Assembly (NCBI GenBank): GCA_015493225.1
Contig: WGDO01000087.1
Location: forward strand, 514 to 64,513
Length of the DNA stretch: 64,000 nucleotides
Origin: Patescibacteria group bacterium
GTDB taxonomy: Bacteria; Patescibacteriota; Minisyncoccia; Moranbacterales; DUUL01
Reading direction: 5' to 3'
Part shown: positions 19,088-29,583 of the stretch, in pieces
How positions within the stretch are numbered: position 1 is the first letter of the stretch
How the letters are laid out: each line of letters opens with the position of its first letter
Program-made: the position numbers and the translations under genes
The notes under the pieces: model-generated
What the model was told of the DNA's origin: nothing
The model's database searches: none
Seen by the model: the letters and a program-made list of their open reading frames with translations, nothing else

Positions 19088-19753
19088 ATGCAAACAAAAA
19101 TCCACCCTTCCTGGGAAAAAGTTTTGGAACCGTATTTTCAAACCGACGAATGGAAAAAGTTGGCTGATTTTGTGCGAGGAGAATATTTAAGCCAAACAAT
19201 CTATCCTCGTCCCAAAAATGTTTTTAACGCTTTTAACTCCACTCCCTTTGATAAAGTTAAAATAGTGATTATTGGACAGGACCCCTATCACAATCCCGGC
19301 GAGGCTCATGGGCTTTGTTTTTCCGTCCAGCCTGGAATTAAAGTTCCCCCTTCTTTACAAAATATTTACAAGGAATTAGAAAGTGATTTAAATATCAAAA
19401 AAGATTTTACCAAAGGTGATTTAACCAACTGGGCTAAACAAGGAGTATTTTTAATAAACGCCGTTCTGACGGTTCGTCACAACCAACCCGGCTCCCACGC
19501 CAACAAGGGCTGGGAAAAATTTACCGATGAAGTTATCAAACAATTATCCGAACAAAAAGAAAATTTGGTTTTTTTGCTTTGGGGAAATTATGCCAGACAA
19601 AAAGGCACTTTGATTGACCGCACTAAACATCTTATTTTAGAAACCACTCATCCATCTCCCCTTTCCGCCTACCAAGGCTTCCTCGGTTGCAAACATTTTT
19701 CCAAAACCAATACTTATCTAGAAAAAAATAACCTTTCAAAAATCAACTGGTAA
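19088..19753 (+). CDS. ung: Uracil-DNA glycosylase (family 1)
   Basis: GQDPYH water-activating loop, GLCFSV, and HPSPLSA leucine-loop motif. Confidence 0.9.
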   Translation: MQTKIHPSWEKVLEPYFQTDEWKKLADFVRGEYLSQTIYPRPKNVFNAFNSTPFDKVKIVIIGQDPYHNPGEAHGLCFSVQPGIKVPPSLQNIYKELESDLNIKKDFTKGDLTNWAKQGVFLINAVLTVRHNQPGSHANKGWEKFTDEVIKQLSEQKENLVFLLWGNYARQKGTLIDRTKHLILETTHPSPLSAYQGFLGCKHFSKTNTYLEKNNLSKINW

Positions 19754-19800
19754 AAAATTTCAAAATCTATCTATCTACTATTCATCTACTTACTACCAGT

Positions 19801-21114
19801 CTACTTACTACCTACTAATTTTATCCATTTTTTATTTTTTAACTCCGCTGGCAAAAATTCCTGCTGAGCATTTTCTCTCTTGCTGGCCTTTGGGGTATAT
19901 TTATAATCTTTTCCATAGCCAAGGTCTCCCATTAATTTTGTGGGGGCGTTACGGATGTGTAATGGCACCGGAAGGTTTCCTGTTCGTTTAATATCTTCCA
20001 TAACATTTTCGTATGCTTCGTATAACGCAATTGATTTTTTACTCTTAGCCATATAAACCGCCGCCTGAGCCAAATTTACACCGCACTCCGGCATCCCAAT
20101 AAATCGACAAGCATCGTAGGCAGCGGTTGCCTGAGGCAAAGCTAAACTATTCGCTAACCCAATATCTTCACTGGCAAAACGAATTATTCGTCGAGCAATA
20201 TAAAGTGGATCTTCTCCCCCCGCCAACATTCTATTCATCCAATACAAAGTAGCGTTCTCATCTCCACCACGCATTGATTTATGAAAAGCACTAATAATAT
20301 TATAATGCTCATCACCAGCACGGTCGTAAAGTAAATTTGATTTTTGAAGAGCTTGTTCAATGTTCTTTTTGGTGATACATTTATCTTCCCTCTTTCTTAA
20401 AGAGGGACTGGAGGGAGATTTCTTTTTTCTAAAATCCCCCTTTAATCTCCTTTTTTTTAAAGGAGGAAGATTATTTGTCAAATCAACTGCCAGTTCCAGG
20501 GCATTTAACATTGTCCGCGCATCACCATTACTCAATTTTACTAAATATTCTTTATTCTTTTTAGTAATTTTTAACTGTCTATTTCCAATCCCTTTATCTT
20601 TATCCTTCAGGGCCTGATTTAAAATAGCTAATAATTCTTCTTCCGTTAAGCTCTCCAAAACAAACGTCCGACAACGAGAGAGTAACGCGTTGTTAACTTT
20701 AAAACTAGGATTTTCCGTAGTTGCTCCGATTAAAATCATCGTACCATTTTCTACGCTTGGTAAAAAAGCATCCTGTTGGGCTTTATTAAAACGATGGATT
20801 TCATCTATAAACAAAATGGTTTTCTCTCCTAGTCGTTTGTCTTTCTCCGCTCGCTCCACAACGTCTCTAATATCTTTAACTCCAGCATTAATAGCACTAA
20901 TTTGATTAAAATTTGCTTTTGTTTCGTTGGCTATAATCCTAGCCAAGGTTGTCTTGCCCGTTCCCGGCGGGCCCCAAAACAAAAGAGAGGGAATTTTATC
21001 CCCTTGGATTAACTCTCTTAAAATTTTTCCCTCACCAACCAAATGTCTTTGCCCCTGAAATTCTTTCAAACTCCTCGGCCTCATTCGATTAGCAAGCGGT
21101 GACTGAGTTGTCAT
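19801..21114 (-). CDS. rarA: Replication-associated recombination protein A (RarA/MgsA AAA+ ATPase) carrying a repeat-derived in-frame insertion
   Basis: Walker [12 protein letters not shown], Walker [13 protein letters not shown], sensor GATTENP, C-terminal MgsA helical domain. A 27-aa basic insertion [27 protein letters not shown] is encoded by a palindromic repeat copy at about 20386-20470. Confidence 0.88.
   Translation of the reverse strand: MTTQSPLANRMRPRSLKEFQGQRHLVGEGKILRELIQGDKIPSLLFWGPPGTGKTTLARIIANETKANFNQISAINAGVKDIRDVVERAEKDKRLGEKTILFIDEIHRFNKAQQDAFLPSVENGTMILIGATTENPSFKVNNALLSRCRTFVLESLTEEELLAILNQALKDKDKGIGNRQLKITKKNKEYLVKLSNGDARTMLNALELAVDLTNNLPPLKKRRLKGDFRKKKSPSSPSLRKREDKCITKKNIEQALQKSNLLYDRAGDEHYNIISAFHKSMRGGDENATLYWMNRMLAGGEDPLYIARRIIRFASEDIGLANSLALPQATAAYDACRFIGMPECGVNLAQAAVYMAKSKKSIALYEAYENVMEDIKRTGNLPVPLHIRNAPTKLMGDLGYGKDYKYTPKASKRENAQQEFLPAELKNKKWIKLVGSK
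20386..20470. repeat. Family A/B-type palindromic repeat copy embedded in-frame in rarA
   Basis: ccctctttcttaaagaggg hairpin, then ggagggagatttc, then aaaatccccctttaatctcctttttttttaaaggagg. These are the same building blocks as the intergenic arrays at 36540-36790 and 55531-55630. Confidence 0.65.
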
Positions 21115-21118
21115 AAAA

Positions 21119-22093
21119 TTATTTTTCCTTTAACGGCCTCCACCAATCCTCATTATCTTTATACCATTGGATAGTTTGGGCAGTACCCTCCTCAAAGGAA
21201 ATACTTGGCTCCCAATCCAACTCATCTTTAATCTTAGAAAAATCAATAGCATAACGCAGATCATGACCCTTTCGATCATCTACATATTCAATCATCTCTT
21301 CTCCTCTATTCATCTCCTTCAAAATTATTTTTGTAATATCCATATTTGTTTTTTCAGCATTTCCCCCAACACAATAAGTCTCACCAATCTTCCCCTCCTG
21401 AATAATTTTATTAATGGCAATGCAATGGTCTTTAACATGCAACCAATCCCGAATAGCTCCACCATTTCCATAAATGGGAATTTTTTTATCATCAATTAAA
21501 TTAGTAACAAATAGGGGGATTAATTTTTCCGGAAATTGATAGGGCCCGTAATTATTGGAACAGTTGGAAATGGTGATTGGCAAATCATGAGTGTGATAAT
21601 AAGCTCGAACCAGATGATCAGCTGAAGCCTTAGAAGCGCTATAGGGACTACGGGGATCATAACAACTCTGCTCATTAAAAGCCAGGTCATCGGGAGCCAG
21701 AGAGCCAAACACCTCATCGGTGGAAATATGATGAAATCTCACCCCACCATTATCCCGGGCCGCCTCCAGCAAATTCAAAGTTCCGTTAATGTTTGTCTTA
21801 ACAAAAATATCGCTATCTTCAATGGAGCGATCCACATGACTTTCCGCCGCAAAATGCACCACTAAGTCAATCTCTTTCATTAAATCATTCACCAACTTTT
21901 TATCCGTGATATCTCCATGCACAAATTTATAATTTGGATTATTTTCTACACTTTTTAAATTTTCCAAATTACCGGCATAAGTCAAAGCATCCAAATTAAT
22001 AATCTTGGAATCCGGATATTTTTCCAACATATAGTGAATAAAATTCGACCCAATAAATCCCGCTCCCCCCGTTACTAAAATATTTTTTTGCAT
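21119..22093 (-). CDS. rfbB: dTDP-glucose 4,6-dehydratase
   Basis: ILVTGGAGFIGSN Rossmann motif and YSASKASADH catalytic YxxxK. Confidence 0.88.
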   Translation of the reverse strand: MQKNILVTGGAGFIGSNFIHYMLEKYPDSKIINLDALTYAGNLENLKSVENNPNYKFVHGDITDKKLVNDLMKEIDLVVHFAAESHVDRSIEDSDIFVKTNINGTLNLLEAARDNGGVRFHHISTDEVFGSLAPDDLAFNEQSCYDPRSPYSASKASADHLVRAYYHTHDLPITISNCSNNYGPYQFPEKLIPLFVTNLIDDKKIPIYGNGGAIRDWLHVKDHCIAINKIIQEGKIGETYCVGGNAEKTNMDITKIILKEMNRGEEMIEYVDDRKGHDLRYAIDFSKIKDELDWEPSISFEEGTAQTIQWYKDNEDWWRPLKEK

Positions 22094-22149
22094 TTTTTAA
22101 TAATTTATTTATTAAGATATTCTATTATTGTATAACAAACAATAATTTC

Positions 22150-22250
22150 CAAGATACAAGATACAAACAAATTCCAAACACCAAATGCCAAATTTCAAAC
22201 ATTGGTTATTGAAATTTGAGATTTGTTTGTATCTTGTAATTTGTATCTTG
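22150..22250. repeat. Family F long palindrome (caagatacaagatacaaacaa...ttgtttgtatcttgtaatttgtatcttg)
   Basis: The inverted arms are separated by ccaaacaccaaatgccaaatttcaaacattggttattg. Located between rfbB and the DUF456 gene. Confidence 0.7.
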
Positions 22251-22328
22251 TTTCTTTTTCTAATACCACATCCTTATAATTAACAAACATTCAATCCCAA
22301 CCAATAAACAATTAAGTCGTAATTTCGT

Positions 22329-22811
22329 TTATACAATCTTCCACACAAAAATCCCAATAATAACCAAAGCAAAAATTATTTTCAAGACCATCCCAAAAAC
22401 AATTCCCATAATTGTACCAAAACCGGCTTTGGTTGCCGAAGAAGTTCGTTCATATTTTAAATATTCTCCCAACCAGGCACCCACAAAAGAGCCAATGAAC
22501 AAACCAAAGACACTAACCGCTATAAATCCAAAAATTCCGCCCAACAACGCCCCCAGAACTCCATACCAACTAGCCCCAAAAGTTTTTGCCCCCAGAACTC
22601 CGGCCAAAAAATCCAAAGTCATACCAATTAAGGCGATAATCCCCGTTAGAACCACCACTCCCACCGTCACCTCTTGAAAACCAGTCGCCCAACCATAAAC
22701 CAAAACACCTAACCATAAAATTGGCAACCCTGGAATAGCCGGCAAAACGACTCCCAGTAAACCTAGTGCAAATAAAAACACCACTGCAATTATTAATATT
22801 GTTGTTCCCAT
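22329..22811 (-). CDS. DUF456-family small membrane protein
   Basis: 160 aa with four TM helices rich in GxxxG and a typical DUF456-like N-terminus (PGLPILWLGVLVYGW). Confidence 0.5.
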   Translation of the reverse strand: MGTTILIIAVVFLFALGLLGVVLPAIPGLPILWLGVLVYGWATGFQEVTVGVVVLTGIIALIGMTLDFLAGVLGAKTFGASWYGVLGALLGGIFGFIAVSVFGLFIGSFVGAWLGEYLKYERTSSATKAGFGTIMGIVFGMVLKIIFALVIIGIFVWKIV

Positions 22812-22856
22812 ATAATTTTGATAATTATTTATAACAAATTTAACTTGTTATAAAAA

Positions 22857-23408
22857 TTATGTTATTAAACTTTTAAAACTAACTCCTTTTTTATCTTTCT
22901 CAGAAATTATTGGCTTGTCAATCTCATATTTATCCAACTGCCAATCTACATTTAAATCCTTATCATTCCAAGCTATCCCAACCTCTGATTCCGGATTATA
23001 CAAATTGGTACATTTATAATTAAAAATTGTATCATCCTTCAATGTGATAAACCCATGTAAAAATCCCGCCGGTATCCAAAACTGCTTTTTGTTCTCCTCG
23101 GTCAATTCTACACTTTCCCACTGACCATAGGTTGGTGAATTCGGTCGGGCATCCACTGCCACATCTAAAACCGCTCCGGTAATAACTTGCACCAACTTCC
23201 CCTGAGCATAGGGCTCTTTTTGCATATGCAACCCCCGCAAAACTCCTTTGGTTGACTTAGATAAATTATCCTGAACAAACTCTGGTTCAATACCGTCCTT
23301 TTGATAACGCTCTTTATTGTAGGTTTCCACAAAAAACCCTCTCTCATCACCAAATACATCCGGCTCAATAATCAACAATCCCTCAATTTTTGTTTTTGTA
23401 ATTTTCAT
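22857..23408 (-). CDS. rfbC: dTDP-4-dehydrorhamnose 3,5-epimerase
   Basis: IEGLLIIEPDVFGDERGFF and RGLHMQ cupin motifs. Length 183 aa. Confidence 0.88.
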   Translation of the reverse strand: MKITKTKIEGLLIIEPDVFGDERGFFVETYNKERYQKDGIEPEFVQDNLSKSTKGVLRGLHMQKEPYAQGKLVQVITGAVLDVAVDARPNSPTYGQWESVELTEENKKQFWIPAGFLHGFITLKDDTIFNYKCTNLYNPESEVGIAWNDKDLNVDWQLDKYEIDKPIISEKDKKGVSFKSLIT

Positions 23409-23607
23409 AATATTGCAAAATTAACAATAAATATTTAATAACCTCAGACCATAATTATCTTCACATTCATAATACCATTTTCACCATTCTAAATCAAATA
23501 CAAAAGACCAAATAAACTTATTATAAAAATTATATTTGCACCATTGATTTTTTATTTAAATATGCTATTATGTACTTTGTGAAGAAAGTTTAATAATTTA
23601 TACATAT

Positions 23608-23692
23608 GGAGAGTTGCCAGAGCGGTCGAATGGGACACCCTGCTAAGGTGTTGTGCCTCCGGGTACCTAGGGTTCGAATCCCTAACTCTCCG
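23608..23692 (+). tRNA. tRNA-Ser (anticodon GCT)
   Basis: Acceptor GGAGAGT/ACTCTCC, anticodon stem ACACC/GGTGT with loop CTGCTAA, long variable arm, T arm GGTTCGAATCC. Confidence 0.8.
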
Positions 23693-23965
23693 CACTAAAG
23701 TTCGAATCATACAATCAATACTCATTATTCACTCGTATCATATTCTCCACATTAAAAAAATAAAAAGGGCTTGCTAAATGCAACCCTTTTTATTTTATTG
23801 TGATAATAAATCATAGATTATACCCCTATCTACCCCCTCCCCTACTCTCTATTCTCTACTCTCTACTATCTAGTGTCTAGTGTCTAATATCTAGTACCTA
23901 TCTCACCAACGCTTTTTGCTTAAGAGTAGAAAAATAGCTTGTAAAAGTATTTGAACCATAAAATC

Positions 23966-25345
23966 TTACTCTCTAATTATTGCCAACAATTCATCTCTTT
24001 TTTCTTCCATCATTTCTTTAGTTTTCGCTTCCACATTTAGACGCAAAACCGGTTCCGTATTACTTTGTCGAACATTAAACCACCAATCGGGGTAATCAAT
24101 TTTAATTCCGTCCAACTCCGATAATTCGCCATCGGAATATTTTTCTTTTAATTTTTCTATCACCGCTTCTTTATCTCCTACTTCTGAATTAATTTCCCCA
24201 CTATGATAATATCGTCGTAAATCTTGGACCAATTCAGAAATAGGTTGTCCAGTCTTCGCCATTAAATTTAACAAAGTCAAGGCAGCCAAAGTACTAACTT
24301 CACCATTTTTATTCGCCTGAAAATAATAATGCCCGGAAAGTTCTCCGGCAAATAAAGCATTTTCTTCTAACATTTGCGCTTTAATCAAGGTGTGCCCTAC
24401 TCGACACTCGTGAGCGATGCCACCATTCTCCTCAATAACTTCTTTGACCGCTCGCGAAGAACGCAAATCATATAAAATCACCCTACCCTTATTTTCCTCT
24501 TTTTCCAACAAAACCTTAGCAATCAAGCCTGTTACTAAATCCATTGGAATTATCACTCCTTTTTCATCCACAAAACCAACTCGATCGGCATCTCCGTCAT
24601 AGGCAATTCCTAAATCAGCATTCTCTGAAACAACTTTCTTTTGTAAATTGACTAGCGTTTCTGTTTTTAGAGGATTAGCCTCATGAGAATTTTGATAAGC
24701 GCTGTTTTCCAAATCACAATCCAATTTAACCACCTCAAAATTATTGGCCAAATATTTTTCATAAAACGGCAACTCCAGGACACCCATCGCATTGGCACAA
24801 TCAACAACAATCTTAAATTTCTTATCACCCAATTTGGCAAATTTCACAAAATAATTATAATAATCTTCTTTGATGTCATATTCCGACAACATACCTTTTG
24901 AAGAATGGGCTTTTTTAGGAATATTAATTTCCTCATTTTCTCGTGCTAAGACTCCAACCTTAGTAACGTCAATTCCAACTTCTCCCCCAACCGGCACAGC
25001 GTTGCGCAAACAAGTTTTTACCCCATTCCATTCACCAGGATTATGAGAAGCGGTTACCGACATCGCTCCATCCACATCCTTTAAAAAGTGAGAAGAAAAA
25101 TATAGCATCGGCGTTGTAATCACTCCCAAAGCAACCACATCCACTCCCATATCCAAAATACCTTGCATCAAAGCATTATATAAAACTGGACTAGATTCCC
25201 GCGCATCACGCCCGACAGCCATTTTTTTTACCCCCAAAGCTTTAACCATTTCCTGCCCAATGAGATAAAAAGTTTTCTCATCACAATCTTTACCATAAAT
25301 TCCCCTAATATCATAGGCCTTAAAAATTTCCGGATTTGTTTTCAT
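23966..25345 (-). CDS. Phosphoglucomutase/phosphomannomutase family protein
   Basis: Active-site phosphoserine loop TASHNPGEWNGVK and the four alpha-D-phosphohexomutase domains. Confidence 0.85.
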   Translation of the reverse strand: MKTNPEIFKAYDIRGIYGKDCDEKTFYLIGQEMVKALGVKKMAVGRDARESSPVLYNALMQGILDMGVDVVALGVITTPMLYFSSHFLKDVDGAMSVTASHNPGEWNGVKTCLRNAVPVGGEVGIDVTKVGVLARENEEINIPKKAHSSKGMLSEYDIKEDYYNYFVKFAKLGDKKFKIVVDCANAMGVLELPFYEKYLANNFEVVKLDCDLENSAYQNSHEANPLKTETLVNLQKKVVSENADLGIAYDGDADRVGFVDEKGVIIPMDLVTGLIAKVLLEKEENKGRVILYDLRSSRAVKEVIEENGGIAHECRVGHTLIKAQMLEENALFAGELSGHYYFQANKNGEVSTLAALTLLNLMAKTGQPISELVQDLRRYYHSGEINSEVGDKEAVIEKLKEKYSDGELSELDGIKIDYPDWWFNVRQSNTEPVLRLNVEAKTKEMMEEKRDELLAIIRE

Positions 25346-25461
25346 ATATTTATACTACTTTCTCCATAAGCTATGCTCACAAAGAAAATATTATTTAAAA
25401 ATTATTTTCACACCTATTGTGTCATCACTACTAAGATTTGTCAATAAATACACTCTACCAC

Positions 25462-26220
25462 TTATTTTTCCGCTTTTCTTATTTCAGCTACCCACTCACT
25501 GTTTCTATTACGAAAATCGTCTTCGATTGACAATATATCATATCTATTGGCTGTAAAATTAACTGTTCTAATTTCATCACCAACAACCTCTTTAACCTCA
25601 CGAACTGTTCCTGAATGAGAAATAATCTTATCCCCAGATGATAATCCCTCTACAGCCTCTTGAAACTTATATTCTTTCCCCTGATCTTTTTTCTCTTCTT
25701 TAGCATTCTCTTCCAATGTCAATCTATACCAAGAATTATTAGACTCAATAAGATATGTACCATCCGCACACAATTTAATCCCTCTAACCATTGGAATTTT
25801 AAATATCCTCCCATCAGGAACTTGTGCAGCAAAAATACCATTGATTTCACATTTACCTATAATGATTTCTCCATTAAATTTCTGTCCCAAATCAAACACT
25901 GCCACTTTTCCATTTTTACTACCCACTTTTTGAATTATTACCTGTTTGTTAGTTATATCATCAATAGAATTAATATCTTCAGCACTTAATAAATCTTTCT
26001 CAAAATCCACCTTTAATTTTTCTCTCTTTAAACCGTCTATTTGCGATTGAATTTTTTGAGCAAGTTTTGGCTTTTTTTGTGCTACTGCATCTAATCTGCC
26101 TTGAGCTGCCACAATCTCATTGTCAATTTCTTTCAATCTTTTTTCCAACTGTAAAGATTGTTCTGTCTTATCTTCTTGTATATTACCAACACCATCCCCT
26201 GGCATTTTTTCTCCACTCAT
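25462..26220 (-). CDS. Hypothetical protein, member 1 of a tandem paralog triplet (coiled-coil N-terminus)
   Basis: Starts MSGEKMPG. Shares the motif SGDKIISHSGTVRE / EGDMIILNDGRQL / EGDVIILNSGERY with the two upstream paralogs. Conserved 16-nt junction tttattttaattatta. Confidence 0.5.
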   Translation of the reverse strand: MSGEKMPGDGVGNIQEDKTEQSLQLEKRLKEIDNEIVAAQGRLDAVAQKKPKLAQKIQSQIDGLKREKLKVDFEKDLLSAEDINSIDDITNKQVIIQKVGSKNGKVAVFDLGQKFNGEIIIGKCEINGIFAAQVPDGRIFKIPMVRGIKLCADGTYLIESNNSWYRLTLEENAKEEKKDQGKEYKFQEAVEGLSSGDKIISHSGTVREVKEVVGDEIRTVNFTANRYDILSIEDDFRNRNSEWVAEIRKAEK

Positions 26221-26236
26221 ACTTTTATTTTAATTA

Positions 26237-26698
26237 TTAATTTATCTGTTTATCCGCCTCTTTTAATTCAATTATTTTATTATTAAGGTTATCAATTTCC
26301 ACCTGTAATTCAGCTACCCGCTGCTCCAGTCTTAATATTTGTTCTTGATTATTACCCTTATCATATTCACTGTCATTTTCCATTATTTCCCCTCTGCTAA
26401 TTAAAACTATTCTATCCACAGAACCTCCATTAACAAGGTCTTCTATCCCATGCTTAGATATTGGTTGTCCCTCCCCCTGTTCATTATTAATAACCATTCT
26501 CCACTCACTCTTATCACCTAATTTCTTTGGAATAATTTTTAATTGCCTACCATCATTTAGTATTATCATATCACCCTCTTGTATCTTCTCCACTTTTTCC
26601 AGCAGCCCTTTTTTAACTTCCTCTGAATCTTTACCGTACTGTCTGTCTTTATTCTGATTACTTAATCCATTATCTGGAATATTAGAATGCATACTCAT
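26237..26698 (-). CDS. Hypothetical protein, member 2 of tandem paralog triplet (coiled-coil C-terminus)
   Basis: See 25462-26220. N-terminus MSMHSNIPDNG. Confidence 0.5.
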   Translation of the reverse strand: MSMHSNIPDNGLSNQNKDRQYGKDSEEVKKGLLEKVEKIQEGDMIILNDGRQLKIIPKKLGDKSEWRMVINNEQGEGQPISKHGIEDLVNGGSVDRIVLISRGEIMENDSEYDKGNNQEQILRLEQRVAELQVEIDNLNNKIIELKEADKQIN

Positions 26699-26798
26699 AT
26701 TTTTATTTTAATTATTAGATTTGTTATTTACCACCCCATTTTTCTTAATCCAACCATTTCTCTCCTAATTAAGCTTTGTTCTAATAATATATCCTTTA

Positions 26799-27146
26799 TT
26801 ACAAAGCCTCGGCTTCATAAATTCCTTCATTATCTTTTATTGCACCTTCATCATCAGCAAGCACAAACTCTTTAACTCGTCCAAATTCAACAAAATCCTT
26901 AAGTCCTTTAACAGAAACCAAAGACTCCTCGGGAATTACCCCACTCTTCTTACTACGTTCAATGATACACCTCCACACCTCTTTACCCTCTATTAAGATT
27001 GGCTCGGTAAGCGTGTAACGTTCGCCGCTATTTAAAATAATTACATCCCCTTCTTTCAAATTATCCACTTTTGCTAATAACTCCACAGATCTTTCTTTGC
27101 CCTTATTATCATTAGTGTTTGCCCCTGGTATTTTTTCTACACTCAT
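26799..27146 (-). CDS. Hypothetical protein, member 3 of tandem paralog triplet
   Basis: See 25462-26220. N-terminus MSVEKIPGANT. Confidence 0.5.
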   Translation of the reverse strand: MSVEKIPGANTNDNKGKERSVELLAKVDNLKEGDVIILNSGERYTLTEPILIEGKEVWRCIIERSKKSGVIPEESLVSVKGLKDFVEFGRVKEFVLADDEGAIKDNEGIYEAEAL

Positions 27147-27196
27147 ACTTTTATTTTTAATTTTTGATTATTACCCATTTAATTTATCATCCTTAA

Positions 27197-27664
27197 TTAT
27201 ACCATATCTACCCCAACAATTCTACTATTTTTCACACCCTTACCATATTTAAATTTCAACAACCAATACTTTTTCGGCCAGATTTTCTTAATTCGTTCCG
27301 GCCACTCCACTAAAATTAAATTATTTTTGTCAGCAATAATTTCTTCCCAACCCAAATCCAAGACACTCTCCTCATCAACCCGATAACAATCCAAATGATA
27401 AACATTTTTGAGTTGAGAGGCCCGGCCTCTCAACTCATACTTTTTCATAATCACAAAAGTAGGCGAAGTAAAAGGCCCTTCCGCCCCAATCGCTTCCAAT
27501 AAAAATTGACTAAAAGTAGTTTTACCTGTCCCCAACTCTCCCTGTAACAAAATTACATTTCTATCCGCCTTGCCATCTAGGTAAGACGCCGGGCTTCTTA
27601 CCTCTACTAAAAATTCTTTAGCAAATTGTTTGGTATCTTGTAAATTTTTTAATACTTTTTCCAT
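27197..27664 (-). CDS. tsaE: tRNA threonylcarbamoyladenosine biosynthesis protein TsaE
   Basis: P-loop LQGELGTGKTTFSQ and TsaE-typical SPTFVIM...YHLDCYRV motifs. 155 aa. Confidence 0.85.
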   Translation of the reverse strand: MEKVLKNLQDTKQFAKEFLVEVRSPASYLDGKADRNVILLQGELGTGKTTFSQFLLEAIGAEGPFTSPTFVIMKKYELRGRASQLKNVYHLDCYRVDEESVLDLGWEEIIADKNNLILVEWPERIKKIWPKKYWLLKFKYGKGVKNSRIVGVDMV

Positions 27665-27691
27665 CTTGAAATTTTATAAACTTTATGGACT

Positions 27692-28840
27692 TTATGACTT
27701 TATAGACTTTCGACTTGTGCTTGTCACACTCCACACAAAATATACCACAAAAACACCCAAAATACCAAAGGTAACCACCGACAAAACTTCAAATGACCAA
27801 ATTCCTAAAATTTTTCCAATCATCAACATATAGATTGACATAAAAACCCTAGTAGTTAAACTTTTTAATGACATAACACTAGCGCGAATAGAATTTTTAG
27901 CATATTTGTTAACTAATACTGTCGTTCTAACAGCAAACATTCCTCTTAAAAAATGTATACTCCAAATTACTAAGGCCAAGGTAAATATCTGATTTACAAA
28001 GCCCAATAATAATGTCCCTAATAGTAATAAAGGAATTGTATATTTTAGCCTAATATAATATTTTGTTGAAGTTATAGCCGTCCCCATTGCCATAAACAAT
28101 ATGCTCATAGACATCACTGTACTTAAATAAATAATTGGTATATTTTTTACATTAAATAATACTGGTAAAAAATATTTATAACTAAAAAATGTTGCCAAAA
28201 ACGCACTAGTCATCAACACCAGTCCTCTAAGCTTTCTATGATTTTTAAGATGCTTTAAACTACCAAAAGCAATTTTATAAATATTTCCAAATTCAGATTT
28301 TTTACCTTGGAAATTATTTTTAACTTTAATTTGATTAAATATTATAGCAGCTAAAAGCATACTTAAACCATTTAATAAATATGGAAAAATAATATTAATG
28401 GTAAACAACCAACCACCAATAAAAGTTGTTAAAGCTATCCAAACAAAGCCAATCGTTTTTATTCTTGCTAAATCTCTCTGAAAATTATCAGATATTTTAT
28501 GCAACACCGCCACATTACTTCCTGAACGCATTGAAGAAGATAATCCCACCAGAATAAAAATTGTAAGATAAAAATAAAATCCAGCTGGGATAATGAGCAA
28601 AAATTGCAAAACTGAACCAAACATACCACTCCAAACAACTGACCCTTTGTGAGAAAACCTATCCGCTAATATTCCAGTAGGAAATTCAAATATAACCACA
28701 GCCACAGAAAAAGCGGCTACTATATAATAAACCTGCTCAATAGTTAGTCCCCGTTCCATAAAATAAAGTGGGCCAACGGCTAACCACCACATTGACCCTC
28801 GTAAAGTACTAGCAATTGTATACTTTTGTAAATTTGTCAT
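27692..28840 (-). CDS. MFS-like multipass transporter (paralog of 14841-15989)
   Basis: About 12 TM helices. Shares EFPTGILADRFSHKGS with the 14841 paralog. Confidence 0.55.
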   Translation of the reverse strand: MTNLQKYTIASTLRGSMWWLAVGPLYFMERGLTIEQVYYIVAAFSVAVVIFEFPTGILADRFSHKGSVVWSGMFGSVLQFLLIIPAGFYFYLTIFILVGLSSSMRSGSNVAVLHKISDNFQRDLARIKTIGFVWIALTTFIGGWLFTINIIFPYLLNGLSMLLAAIIFNQIKVKNNFQGKKSEFGNIYKIAFGSLKHLKNHRKLRGLVLMTSAFLATFFSYKYFLPVLFNVKNIPIIYLSTVMSMSILFMAMGTAITSTKYYIRLKYTIPLLLLGTLLLGFVNQIFTLALVIWSIHFLRGMFAVRTTVLVNKYAKNSIRASVMSLKSLTTRVFMSIYMLMIGKILGIWSFEVLSVVTFGILGVFVVYFVWSVTSTSRKSIKS

Positions 28841-29074
28841 ATTCCTGTGAAATTCTAATTGATAATTTTATGTTTTTTTAATATAGCTTTAGAATATCAA
28901 AATAACAAAAAATAAGCAATAAAAAATTTGCTTATTAAAAAAAACAATCTTTTATTTTTGTATTTAAAAATTATTGTATTATAAAAAAATTTTAACAAAT
29001 CTTATTTATAATTATATAAATAAGATTATCTTTTAATAGTTTATCTCCACTTTTTCGTTTAAAAATAAAAAAAT

Positions 29075-29110
29075 TCCGAGGATTGGTTTATCCCCGGAAA
29101 AATAGTACAA
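29075..29110 (-). terminator. Rho-independent terminator downstream of 29121-29441
   Basis: On the minus strand: ccggggataaaccaatcctcgg hairpin followed by aatttttttatttt. Confidence 0.45.
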
Positions 29111-29120
29111 TAACAATTAC

Positions 29121-29441
29121 CTACCGGAGGAATGTAAATATTCCTGGTAGTCCAGCAAGCAGGGTAAAATCTTCGGGATTAACTACGACCCCATCGATAT
29201 TACTTTTCTCGATAAACTGCTTAAATTCTCCTTGAGAACAAACGCAAGAAGAATTTCCAAAAACATCTCCACCCCGATGAGAACCCTGAGAATGGTCCTG
29301 AAGATTCACCACTAAATAATCTGGAAGTGACATCTTCTCTATTCGTTTCATCACCTTCTGAATGGCTTTAGGACAAAGCCACCAAACCAATACCATTCCT
29401 TCTGTCTGGTTCATTTTCCTCTCCTCGCAGATTATTGACAT
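29121..29441 (-). CDS. Small Cys-containing hypothetical protein
   Basis: 106-aa ORF (possibly starting at an internal Met). No confident family call. Confidence 0.35.
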   Translation of the reverse strand: MSIICEERKMNQTEGMVLVWWLCPKAIQKVMKRIEKMSLPDYLVVNLQDHSQGSHRGGDVFGNSSCVCSQGEFKQFIEKSNIDGVVVNPEDFTLLAGLPGIFTFLR

Positions 29442-29583
29442 ATTAGTCTCACTGCAATTTTTGAATTTTTAATTGTTGCCTATTTGTACTAAACATATAT
29501 TGTTATAGCATTAAAGCTACAAAATGTCAAGTAAATTTTACTTAATATTTTTTTATTTTTAAGTAGCATTAAAACTTAAAATC

